Below are positions 9,541 to 20,500 of a stretch of 64,000 nucleotides of DNA, one piece after another (the stretch's first letter is position 1; every line of letters begins with the position of its first letter). Source of the stretch: a virus; IMG/VR virus record IMGVR_UViG_3300007513_001761, positions 1-64,000 of that record. One strand, given 5' to 3'. A program made the position numbers and the translations under genes. The notes under the pieces were generated by a model. It searched no databases and was not told the origin of the DNA. It worked only from the letters and a program-made list of their open reading frames with translations.

Positions 9541-10278
9541 TTAATATTTAAATGCTGCACCAGCTATCTGATTTTGGTGCATGTTGAGTCCAGCCAAGGC
9601 TCCCCCTAATAGTTTTTTCGCCGTAGAGGGTTCTTCTTTTCGCTGGGTGTCGTCTCTTTTGGCTTGCGTCTGTTGATCGGGTGCAGGATCCAAATTATAA
9701 AAAGCGTCCTCAGTGCAAGGAAACTTATCCGTAGCAGGGATCTTCTCTTTTTTAAGATTTTTAATGTCGCGATCTTTTAGATTGGGGTTGCTCACCACTT
9801 CCACATCTGTTTGACTTTCTCTTAAGTCGTAGTCTGCCGAAGACAAATCAGAAGAAACAGGCTCCACGGCGATATTCAAAGCGCCCATTAAATTAGTAGC
9901 TTGCATAACCACATCGGAGTAGTCTTCGTTTTGGGTTACTAATCCCTCTTGCTGAAGCTTTTCAACCCCCTTGAGTATATTATAGTCTGCCGAGCCGCGC
10001 GTCACAGTCTGCCCCTTAACGGTGGCTCGTGTGGATTGTGCTCTGTTTTCGGGAGGAGGAGCAACTTTCACGCGCCAGCGATTCAGTTGTTGTGTCCCGG
10101 TCGTGGTAGGAGTGACTGTAAGTCCTTGTTGTTCAACCACACTTTGGCTTGCTGCGGTAATGTCTGAATCCATTGGAGCAGATGCCAAATTTTGATTGGA
10201 TGAGCCGTTAGTTTGCGACTGGCCGTTTCCCTGAGTTTGTTGACTATAGTCTTCCTCCGTCGCTTTTTTATCTGCCAT
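9541..10278 (-). CDS. hypothetical Q/T/S-rich protein
   Basis: 245 aa ORF with GGGAG RBS; low-complexity, likely disordered N-terminus. Confidence 0.6.
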   Translation of the reverse strand: MADKKATEEDYSQQTQGNGQSQTNGSSNQNLASAPMDSDITAASQSVVEQQGLTVTPTTTGTQQLNRWRVKVAPPPENRAQSTRATVKGQTVTRGSADYNILKGVEKLQQEGLVTQNEDYSDVVMQATNLMGALNIAVEPVSSDLSSADYDLRESQTDVEVVSNPNLKDRDIKNLKKEKIPATDKFPCTEDAFYNLDPAPDQQTQAKRDDTQRKEEPSTAKKLLGGALAGLNMHQNQIAGAAFKY

Positions 10279-10299
10279 TTTTCATTTCTCCCATAATTT

Positions 10300-13200
10300 T
10301 TAGGTTAGCTGAGCGTAGTATGTTATCTTCCAATAAGACGCGTTTTCTACATCGAAAAAAAATGTCCCACCAGTAAAAGGGGACTGGCCTTCCGTGCCCT
10401 CGGGTGCCATTTCGGAAAAAGCGCACTCATTAAAATAGAACGCATGATTAATTGTATCATATGACCACAATCCCACATCTCCGCCGGGGTCGTCGGCGTT
10501 GTCGCCTAGGTCGCTACTGAGGAGACAATCTTCAAAGTCAGCGGTCAGAAACCCGGCGCTTATTAGTGAGCTATATGCAGGAACATCTTCAAACCCGCCG
10601 GAATCGACACACACACCATAGGAACTACATGCATAATAACTCACCTCTGGATATCCGTCCGGGACATAAGCCAAATAAAGAGGATAACATGCATAGGTCT
10701 GCTTAACGCCCCAAACAGATAGTGGTTCTGCTGTCGGCGTCGAGGACCAGTTTTCGCAATCATCTATATTGGCATAATGAACCCTATAATCGTCTAATTG
10801 ACCTTTACACCCTGAACATAGTTCATTGGATGCATCGGTTGCATCAGCTATCCAGCCGGCGGTACCAGAGGAAGCGTAAGCAAAGCCGGTCCAATCCTCA
10901 TAGGCGTTGCTTTCGCCGGCCCAGGCCACAACATCAGATAATCGAATATATTGAGTCACACGCAGCCCGTTGCGGTCTTCGTCCCATTCTACGTTAATAG
11001 ATAAATCATCCTCTGCTGCAGCTATGGCGTCGGATACATCTACGTCTGGATCGGTCATCAACGCATCCGCCACTTCAACTGTAAATTCATCAGAGACATA
11101 GGGATCCGGCATTGTCGCGGGTGCAGACTGTACTGCGTAAGCGAATTTTTCGGGTGTGCTTAGGCTACCGTCCCACATGGTTATTAAATCCATGTAATAA
11201 CCCACATTCGTTGCTGTGCCACTTGATACATAATTGGTGGTGTAAAAATCGTTCATTAGTTCATAAAAATTTTGAGTTTCTGTTAGTGTGCCATTGTAGG
11301 GGTTGATATTCTCTGCATATACCCAAGCGTCTTCGAGCCCTAGAGTCTTGTCCCCATCGTAGGAATTCAATAACAAGTCTTTGTGCATAACATACAAAAT
11401 GGGACCAGCAACCCATGGAGGGGGTGTTCCGGCGGCTGCATACATAGCAGTTACTTGCTCCGCAAAAAAAGTATTAAATTCGTTGCTAATTTCGTTAAAC
11501 GAACATATGCTATTGGCCAAATCTAAATATTCTTTCAGAAGATCCAATGTTTCTTTATAGCTGTCAATAAACACTTTCATAATTTCGGCAGTGTAATCAG
11601 CCATCCACACCTCCGCAGAATAGTCAGTCATTCGGCAGCGCTCGATTTCTGTGGTGGGGTAGTTGTCATAGCCCGCAAAGTCTTCGAAAACAAAAGTCAT
11701 AAGTCTATAATTTTCCTTTTCTTCATTCCAAGAGGTACCTTCAAAATCCAAAGACATATTTCTCACTGTCATAATTGGACCATAAGCCAATTGTCCGTAG
11801 CCTGGACCGTAGTCCATAGGGGGTGATGTATATGCTGTACTTAGCAAAGCAGACGAACCAGCTTCAGTGCCAAATTTTACAAAGTCTCCTGTGTCAGGGT
11901 TGTTGCCATAAGCATCAGCAGTGTTCCCTATCAGAGTAATGCCGCAAAAATCAGTGAGAGGGTATAAAAAATCGGCGGCTTCGAGGGAGGTCGTGAGCAC
12001 ATACCCGTTTTCTCCATAGTCCGGAATGCCATCTTCAGAACTATACGAATCTTCCCAGCGCGCGATGTGGGCGGATGAGACCACGAAAAGCGAATATGGC
12101 ACATCTATATCCAACCACAAATTTAACTTTCCTACGTCGGTAATCAAAGCCGATAGCTGAGAATTCTTGTATAAAGATTTTTCATAGTCAAAAAACCAAT
12201 AACCATAACTTGCAGCAGTTCCCATTCCCGCCACATCTTCATTGTCTTCTTGATCGACCTCTATAGAAAAATACCAATTCGGATAGATGTAATAGGAATG
12301 ATCGTTTTCACTATCGCCATACCATAAATAATTTTCAGACATTTCCCAAGAATCATAGCTTCTTGTCCTAACATCGCGCAATTTAGCGTTTCGAATAATT
12401 TCAAACTTTAATTTATCTCCCTCTTCGATTCTTTTATTAAGAGTAGAAAGCCTTTTTTTGTATCTAGCATAAAATCGTCCTGTTTTAGTAGCTGAAGATT
12501 TGCTAGGGAATACGCTTTTAAGATTGTTTAGCTCCGGGATGAGGTTTGTTCTTTCTCCATATTCTTCTAAAATATATGATATATTGTTGAGAGTTCTTTT
12601 AAGAACTCTATCGGTGGCGGCATCTTCTTCGAACTCTTCTATAAGTTCTTTAAAATAGTCTACTGCTTGCTTGTGAGTAACGTTTTTAATTTTATAATAA
12701 GGTGATTGAATCGATTGAAAGGGGACTTGCTCATAAATAGCACCCTCGCTATCGAAAAATTCTACCTGTCGAGGGGCTGGGATTGCGTCAAAAGGAAACA
12801 GATCTCCGCTTGCAATATCTCCATAAGCAGTAGAGTGCGACAAACCATCAAACACTGCTTGATAGGAGATATCACTCACTTGTGCTTTCAAAAGCGACAA
12901 ATTCTGCAATTCCATATCGAGAACATCGTTGCCAAACACAGAAGTAAGAGGGGCCGCTGGCTCCCAATCCATTAGAGAACTAAAAGCGCCCACATAAAGA
13001 CCCATCGGATCGCTATAAGAACCTTCTCTGCCCTCTTCATATGAAAAATATAGCCACAGTCCCGCAATTTCTGATTTCTCCGCAATGCTGACATCTGCGT
13101 TTTGTCCCAATTCCATCCTATAAGAATACCGGAATTCCCATACTCGATTTCCTTTCGCATCATATAAACTATCATCCGTCAAATATTTATAGACCACCTC

Positions 13201-13575
13201 ACCATCAGCATCAACAGCTTTTTGAAAAACACCATGTAGTTGGGCATAAAAGTCTCCGAACTCCAAAGGAGGTAGATCTTCATATTCTCCTTCTGGGAAA
13301 ACCCATGTGCCTAACTTCGCGTGCTCGAAAATGTTTACTTTTTTATCGACTATATTTTGAAAACGATTCGGATCTACAGTAGCATAAAAATAAAAATTTA
13401 CTTTTCCGTCTAAATCTGAGATCATTGAGTCAACATCTTGATCCTCGTCAACATTTATAAAAATCGACAAATTGATCGTAATCGAAGAATCATCAATATC
13501 TACTGTACGAATATATGGGGCCGGCAAATAAGTACCGAAATTGCTGACAAGGTCTCCCTTAAGAATTACTGACAT
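10300..13575 (-). CDS. large acidic hypothetical protein, probable virion component (1091 aa)
   Basis: Long ORF in baseplate module; D/E/Y-rich, Cys-containing C-terminal region. Confidence 0.55.
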   Translation of the reverse strand: MSVILKGDLVSNFGTYLPAPYIRTVDIDDSSITINLSIFINVDEDQDVDSMISDLDGKVNFYFYATVDPNRFQNIVDKKVNIFEHAKLGTWVFPEGEYEDLPPLEFGDFYAQLHGVFQKAVDADGEVVYKYLTDDSLYDAKGNRVWEFRYSYRMELGQNADVSIAEKSEIAGLWLYFSYEEGREGSYSDPMGLYVGAFSSLMDWEPAAPLTSVFGNDVLDMELQNLSLLKAQVSDISYQAVFDGLSHSTAYGDIASGDLFPFDAIPAPRQVEFFDSEGAIYEQVPFQSIQSPYYKIKNVTHKQAVDYFKELIEEFEEDAATDRVLKRTLNNISYILEEYGERTNLIPELNNLKSVFPSKSSATKTGRFYARYKKRLSTLNKRIEEGDKLKFEIIRNAKLRDVRTRSYDSWEMSENYLWYGDSENDHSYYIYPNWYFSIEVDQEDNEDVAGMGTAASYGYWFFDYEKSLYKNSQLSALITDVGKLNLWLDIDVPYSLFVVSSAHIARWEDSYSSEDGIPDYGENGYVLTTSLEAADFLYPLTDFCGITLIGNTADAYGNNPDTGDFVKFGTEAGSSALLSTAYTSPPMDYGPGYGQLAYGPIMTVRNMSLDFEGTSWNEEKENYRLMTFVFEDFAGYDNYPTTEIERCRMTDYSAEVWMADYTAEIMKVFIDSYKETLDLLKEYLDLANSICSFNEISNEFNTFFAEQVTAMYAAAGTPPPWVAGPILYVMHKDLLLNSYDGDKTLGLEDAWVYAENINPYNGTLTETQNFYELMNDFYTTNYVSSGTATNVGYYMDLITMWDGSLSTPEKFAYAVQSAPATMPDPYVSDEFTVEVADALMTDPDVDVSDAIAAAEDDLSINVEWDEDRNGLRVTQYIRLSDVVAWAGESNAYEDWTGFAYASSGTAGWIADATDASNELCSGCKGQLDDYRVHYANIDDCENWSSTPTAEPLSVWGVKQTYACYPLYLAYVPDGYPEVSYYACSSYGVCVDSGGFEDVPAYSSLISAGFLTADFEDCLLSSDLGDNADDPGGDVGLWSYDTINHAFYFNECAFSEMAPEGTEGQSPFTGGTFFFDVENASYWKITYYAQLT

Positions 13576-14561
13576 ATTTCTGGCTCCGTCGTTGATCCGT
13601 AAATATCATAAAAATATTCATCATCACCCTCTTCTGTGCAATCGAAATCTAAATCAATATAATAGGACTCTTTATTAAACTGGTGGGCGCCGCGACAAGC
13701 AACTTCACGATCTACCTCTGTATCTACTAAAACATCAAAATAGTATTCCACGCTTCCTGTCGTATATTCCTCTTCTGGAACATTTACCTTTCTTTCGCTT
13801 AGCATCATCCCATTCTCAATTTGGGGAATGTCTTTTTTAAAATATTTTCGAAGGAGTTGGGTTGTAACAACATCATTTAACGAACCAGTCAAAACTTCAA
13901 ATACTTCCACACTGAAGTTCTCGGTCAATAGTTCGGTATTAACTTCTTCCAAATAAAACACGGGATCTTCTGTAAGCAATTCTATAGATTTTTGATCAAA
14001 GAAAGTAGCGGTGGTGCCTCCTATAGAGCGCGCATCCTCTGGGTTGTAATTAAAAGTGGGGTCTACTATTTTTTTACGGTAGGTAGATTGTATGTTAATT
14101 TGAGGAACATTAGAGTTGTTAACTTCATCCTTTTCCTGCGAGGAAGAAATTCGGCTTTGTAAGGCGGCCAATTTCCAGGCCGGGGTGGTCTGGGTTTCGC
14201 CAGTCATTTTGGCATCCCCAAGCGCAGCGTCATAGCGGTAAAGATCTTTTTCGGGGCTTTGTTGTGACAGGTCAGGATTATCATCTAAAAAGTTAAGAGT
14301 GGTAACTACCGAAGAATTTATTTTTCTCTCAAGGTCTTCAAACAAAACTATTCCTTCGAGATATTGGGTTTCGTTTTTTATTCTATTATAGATTTCGTTT
14401 TGGTTTTCATACCTATTTGCATATTGAGCGTCATATAAAACATTATCATCAAAAAAAGCATAGTAAGTGGGCTTAAATTTTCCTGTGGCGAGCGTATAAG
14501 CTCCATAAGGAGTTAATTTAAGATCAAATACTTGTTCCTTTTTGTTAATAAATTTTGCCAT
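13566..14561 (-). CDS. virion structural protein (N-terminus paralogous to 5164-6180)
   Basis: DLKLTPYGAYTLATGKFKPTYYAFFDDNVLY matches DAVLTDLGREKMASGEFSVDYFALGDDEIDY. Confidence 0.6.
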   Translation of the reverse strand: MAKFINKKEQVFDLKLTPYGAYTLATGKFKPTYYAFFDDNVLYDAQYANRYENQNEIYNRIKNETQYLEGIVLFEDLERKINSSVVTTLNFLDDNPDLSQQSPEKDLYRYDAALGDAKMTGETQTTPAWKLAALQSRISSSQEKDEVNNSNVPQINIQSTYRKKIVDPTFNYNPEDARSIGGTTATFFDQKSIELLTEDPVFYLEEVNTELLTENFSVEVFEVLTGSLNDVVTTQLLRKYFKKDIPQIENGMMLSERKVNVPEEEYTTGSVEYYFDVLVDTEVDREVACRGAHQFNKESYYIDLDFDCTEEGDDEYFYDIYGSTTEPEICQ

Positions 14562-14577
14562 GGCAACTCCTTAGTTC

Positions 14578-17500
14578 TTATTTTTTAGGCTTCTTTCCGT
14601 TTCTACTGCGCTTGCCTCGTCGCGAAGAACCCTTCCGGGAAGACTCTTTCGATTCTTTTGGCGTCTTGTCCTCATCGCAGGGTCGGCCGCCCATGCGGCC
14701 ACCAGGATCGTGGACATAAAGATTCGTTCCAGGCACCCGAACTAGACCACCAGTTCGATTTTCTTTTTCTTTCTGAGCGTTCATCTTGTCTACCGCACTA
14801 GCATCTTCATCGTTCAACACTTGATCAATATAATCATCCATGGTGGGATCTTTTCCGTATAATACATCAGCATCAAATTTAATCAATTCTACAATGGATA
14901 AATAGTCATATGGCCAATTAAACTGAATGTTGTATCCCGCCTCTTGCTCCTCAATAGTGGGGGCTTGCGCTTCTGGTTTTCTGTCGTTTTTGGAGTTGTT
15001 GCCTCCTGTCGGCCGGCCTGTACGAGAATCAACGGCAGCGGTACCTGTTGACTTGTTGGGACTCAGAGATTTAGTAGACTTGGCTGCTTGCTCTGGAATC
15101 TGGTCTTCGTATCTTGCGAAAGATTTCTGCTTAACTTTGAAAACCATCCATCTAAGATTCTTATTGTTCATGATATCATCAGCCGCCAACAATTCATTAT
15201 CTATTAAATCGTGTGCTGTTGATTGTACATTAAATTTAATTTTTTTGTAGTCTCTCGGGGCCAAGTTTTGCCAGATATAAGATAAATCATCCCTATCTAA
15301 AGTGTATTCGAACTCAAAAAGATACATCACACACGGGCTGATATCCGCATTGCTTAAAAAGTCAAATTGAGGGGGTAGTACATATCGTTGCATTTTTTGA
15401 ACTAGTTTTCTAATAGATTCTCCCGCAGATTCATACGAATCCCCGTCTGCTGTCCCCACAGACTCTTGAAAACATGCCTCTATACGTTGGCGAGGAATAG
15501 AAAACAATACCTTTCGCTTTGAAGCTTGAGTCCCTGTAATATTTTGTCCGGTGCTAGAGGCAGTCTCCAGCACATAAGGAACAGCCACCACCGCTTCTCG
15601 TAAAGTACGTTGTTGTGCTATTTCTCCTAGCCTCACTTTGCGGTTTTCTGCGCTAAACCCTATAACGTCGTTAAATGATTTTACTTTGCGGTGCAGTTGT
15701 GCGGCTCCTGCTAATGAATTATCATTATAAGCGGATGCTGTTTGGACCACATCGTAATGGTATCGCAACCAATCTTTGGGAATGTCTTCAATCTGTAGGA
15801 AAACGCCGATATCGGGCTTTTCTGGAATTGAGCCGAATTGATGCCACATTCCACGAGGCACAGATGTAGAAGCAAAAGAAGGAAGGGTTACTGTGTTTTC
15901 GGCGGGACTAATAGGACGCACTCCCATGTTGTTGAAATTAAGCATAGGGGTTTCCCATTTCGGTTGAATAATCCACCTCATTCCCATTGTTTCGTTTGTT
16001 GTTTCTTTATAGCCAGTTGTGGCATTTGTTGTTTCTTTATATATCCTCTCAACACCCAGATAATTTATACTAGCACTGAGTTGCATCGCATTGTCGTTAA
16101 CATTTTTTCCTTCATATATCAAATCACCACACCCAACAATAGAGCCACTAAAAGTGGGGATTAATTGAGTGCCTTTGAGATCGCCGGCAGACGCGGGATG
16201 GACGGGTCCAGGGTCGGCGCGCCAGCATACGGTTTGTGTTTCTGCCAGGATTCTTTCCAAATCATAAGAGACGGAGGCGGTCGGCCTAAAGATCAAATCA
16301 ATCCATGCTTCTCCGTTGTAATAAGGAGGAGTATAAGCCCAGTTAAACCCTGCCATAGAATCCACTGGATTAGAAGCCGTCACAACAGAGGATGTAATCC
16401 CCAATGAACCAGTGGGTCTTCCCGCTACTGGTGGACCGAAAGCTGTTGGGCGGCTATACATTGTAAAAGTTTCTCGATAATTTGTATTTTGTCGAGGATC
16501 TTGTGGAAGCGGGTAAGATGTTTTATTTTGTACTCTCCCGTTTCTAATCTGTTTCCCGCCCCAAGTGGAATAAAAAGTATTGTTACCAGACGCACCCGAT
16601 TCATGTTGATATGTGCGGGCGCCCTTCATTGACCTTCCTATTTTTATACGAGACATTGCGACAAAGCCGGCAGGGAAAGTCTGATCCCCAACTACAATCT
16701 CAGATTCCATTTTACTAAACGTTCCATTTTTCAAGAAAAGATTACCCACTTCTCCAAAAAAGTTGGAAGCCATCATTGTGTAAATAGAGTCAACACCCAC
16801 CGCATTAAAAGAAGCCGTAAGTCCTGCACCAAACGGATCGTTAAGTGAAGAAGAAGGATCTGATTCGAGATCATAAAAGCTATAGCCATTTATATATTTT
16901 TCAGGCTCAATAATTGCCTCAAAGGGAATCCGCTCGAAATAAGATCCTCCCAAATATCCAGTTTCGGGCGTCATTACTGCCCCGTCGTTATTGGTCAACA
17001 TCCAGTTCGGCAGTGCATCGCCGCTAGAGGCGGTAGACCATCGGGAGGGTGTGCCGGCCCACGATCCTTCTCCAAAAGAAGCTGTTCTAATACGCGTGGA
17101 ATCTGTCACAGTGGGGAAGTCTACTGCCAAGCCCGACTTAATCGAGTTATATAAAATACCGGGCGAAAACATAGTTTGCATAAGAGAACGAATGGAACCG
17201 TCCGCATCTCGAAGGATATCAGTGTTACCAGCCACGGTTGTTGTTTGGGCTGCAATTCCTTTTCCATATGATCTGGAAAATTGAGTTACGAGATCTAAAG
17301 TTCTTTGTGCAGGATAGAAACCTTTATATGGATTAAAACGGATCGATGCGCTGCACACCAGTCTAATTTGTTTGGCTTTAAGTCCGCTCAACTCTTTTAC
17401 TTCTGCAAATGAACGCATAAAGTCCGAATTGGAATAATCTTTATAAAAGGACGCAGTCGCGCTAGTAACAGAAGTACCCCCAATTTGAAAAATATCGTCA

Positions 17501-20500
17501 ATACAGGCATTGGTGGTGCCATATATCATAAAATCTTCAACATGTTCAGATATTCTAAATTCAGGCACAATCGCATAATCTTTACACAATAACCGCAACT
17601 CATCCTTAAAGCCTTCTTTTCCGTTTTCCACCTCGTAGTCATTAAACCACGGAGCAGAAGCTGAAACTACAAACTTAGATGTTCTTGCGTCTTTTATCAG
17701 TCTTCCTGCTTGCGTTGGAGCTTCCCACACAGCTTCTCCACCAAACTTATCAATTTTATCGGCATATGAATTACGCATAGAGCCAGTTTCTTTGACGGGT
17801 ATACCCGAAGGAGATACTACTGATTGTGGCGACGGAAGACAGTGCTTGCGCGCATACAAGGCGCCGGCGGCATTGTTTTTAACAGAATTGAGTGTGCCCG
17901 CTAATTTTGCCTGTGCGCCTGCCGCAATTTGCGAATAACAATTCTGCATCTCGCCGGCAGATTGACTAAAAACCAACTGCGGAATAACCGTGAGCCCAAT
18001 GGAGGCGGCGACGATTTGAGGAGGACCCGAACGCGTTAAAAACCCTTGAGGGGCGTCAAGCGGCCAACAACTCTGTGACACGGTTATTCCGAACGAATTT
18101 GTCAGCACTATAGTGCTTCCCACGTTCACTCTTTCGGTTTCGCTATCACGCCACATCTTATTATCAAAGTTTGGTCGTGTGATGGCTGACGATGTCCATG
18201 AATTCATAAGCGAAGGAAATAGCCGCTCTCCATATACCACCCAATTAAGTTCGTAGCTGCTGTTGGAAGATCCAGCGAGGGCCATAAGTTGTTCAAATGC
18301 GCTGCCGGCTTGGTTGACGATACGACTACCATAAACAATGTTGTTTAATCCTGGCTGATTGAAAAATAAGTCTTTGTTCGTATAAGATGCTTTAAGGGTG
18401 ATGTTCTCAGAATTTGTTGGGGTGCCTGTCGTTGCTCCGGCATTCCCCCCACCAACATTCATATTAACATATACAGGTTTCGCTCTATTGGAAACTATAG
18501 GTTGGGCCCAGTTTTGAATTTGATGATCATCATAGAGAGTAATTTTATTCTGCCGATAATGTTGTTGCAGAATGGGATTGTTTGTTGCACGACGAGCGCT
18601 TTTCCAGTTCCACCCAAACGTGCCCCCTCTACGTGTCATCAACAAGTTAAAGTAATCTACATCACGAAGAATCTGAGTTCTTACGCCAAGACGGGTTGTC
18701 AAGGTATTATTCACATACCTCCTAACATCGTCCGTGAGCCCATACCCCAACGAATTAGATAGACCGGTTTCTGCATAATCTCCGACCGGATCTTCTGTAT
18801 AAATATTGAGCATAAAGGTAGGCTGATAGATTCCAGCTAGCGTAGGCTTAAGTGACGCGACACCACGATTCTGTGGGGATGCCACGTCGCTTCCGGACGC
18901 AAACTTAAAGTAAGCTTCCCAGCCATCCACAGAGCTTGAATACATTGCCTCGCCAAAACCGTAAGTTGGCGCATAGCCATAATATCTTATATCAGTTGTG
19001 TCTATAGCCAACGCAGAAGAAACCCACGAATACTGTCTGTCGTTGCGCGGAATAGCATGCTGGACCCAGTAGTTGTCATATTGAGACGATGTGGTGACCG
19101 TTCCATGAAGATTGTCTATCAAATATGGTCTTCTATTGCTGTTAATTTTGATAAAGGATGCAGATTGGTTATAAGAAGCGCCAGGATTACTGACCAACAG
19201 TGAGTCTCTCCCAAAACGCCCGCAATGACGAGAAAGAAGGGCGTTGAGTCCAAAATCTTTTCCGTGAATATCATATGCCACAATACCTGGAGTACCATTC
19301 ATAGAGGCCGTGGGCGATATAGTGCCCGATGGCGCCTGGAGTGGTTTTCTAACGGTTAAGTTGCGATAGTTAAGGGCGTTATAAACTGAATATTCTCCGG
19401 ATCTAATATCTCTATATCCGATACCCAAAGTTTCGATGCCGCCAGGTGCTGAAAATCTACTACGTACAATAGATTTATTGTTGCCGCCGGTCAAATATCC
19501 AACCGAATATGAGGGGATCAACTCTATGTGTTTGGCATAATCTCGATGAATTCCGAAAAAAGTTCTTCCCTGCGACGACGAAGGGGTTTCTGTTACCTGT
19601 GAAGGTAGTGTGGGTTGGTTGTCTATGAAACGGCGAGGATTAGAATAAGAGCCTACTGAAAACAATACTTCATAATTATGGGAGTAGTTTCCTAAAATCG
19701 TTGAGCCGGTTCGCATCAGCATGTTGCTAATGTTAACGGGCCTTTTTGCCACATAATCTCGATAATAGACCGCCTTCTGAGAAGCCGTCATGGGGTAAGG
19801 TCTTTCGCCTACGTCGTTTGCTTCCGGCCATGGGTAATCCGGACCAACCATGCCAATGGCCCCGCTAATAGCATCTACTCCGTGGCATTGACCAAGCAAA
19901 ATCTTCCACGCCTCTGGGCGCGTTTTCCATGTGTCGGTGCTAGCGGTATTGATCGGGACATGTCGCGACTGGTGTCCTCCAACAGCATAATTTGTGAACG
20001 GTCCTTGCATGGGAACTTCCATCTCGGGCCCATATACATCGTTATGAAGGTTGGTTAGTATAATACCGCCGGTAACTCGCGAGTTTACACGATCATTATA
20101 ACCGCCAGACACAGAGGCGCTTATAATGTTGAAAGGAAAAGCCAGCGAGGATTTTACATTCGAATACCCCTTTCCTTCCTGCCAGTCCCGCCCATGTTGC
20201 ACTTTAAGATATCGTTTAGTTTTTTTATTTGGATCGACAACATCTACACAGTCCTTAAGATCGACCATATCCTCCGTAAAGCCAAGCAAAACGTTTAACG
20301 GAACAAACACGTTGTTGTCGCGATTAACAGGACCTGCCGGCGCTACTGCATTATAAGTAAAAGCAATATTCTTGTTGTCATCAAAATTAACTCCCCCTTT
20401 GATTGGGAGATCTCTTTTAAATTCGGCTAATTTATATGTTTTTTCTCTCTTGCGAAGAATGTGACTCGGTCGATAATAAATTTGTTTTGATGCATCCGAG

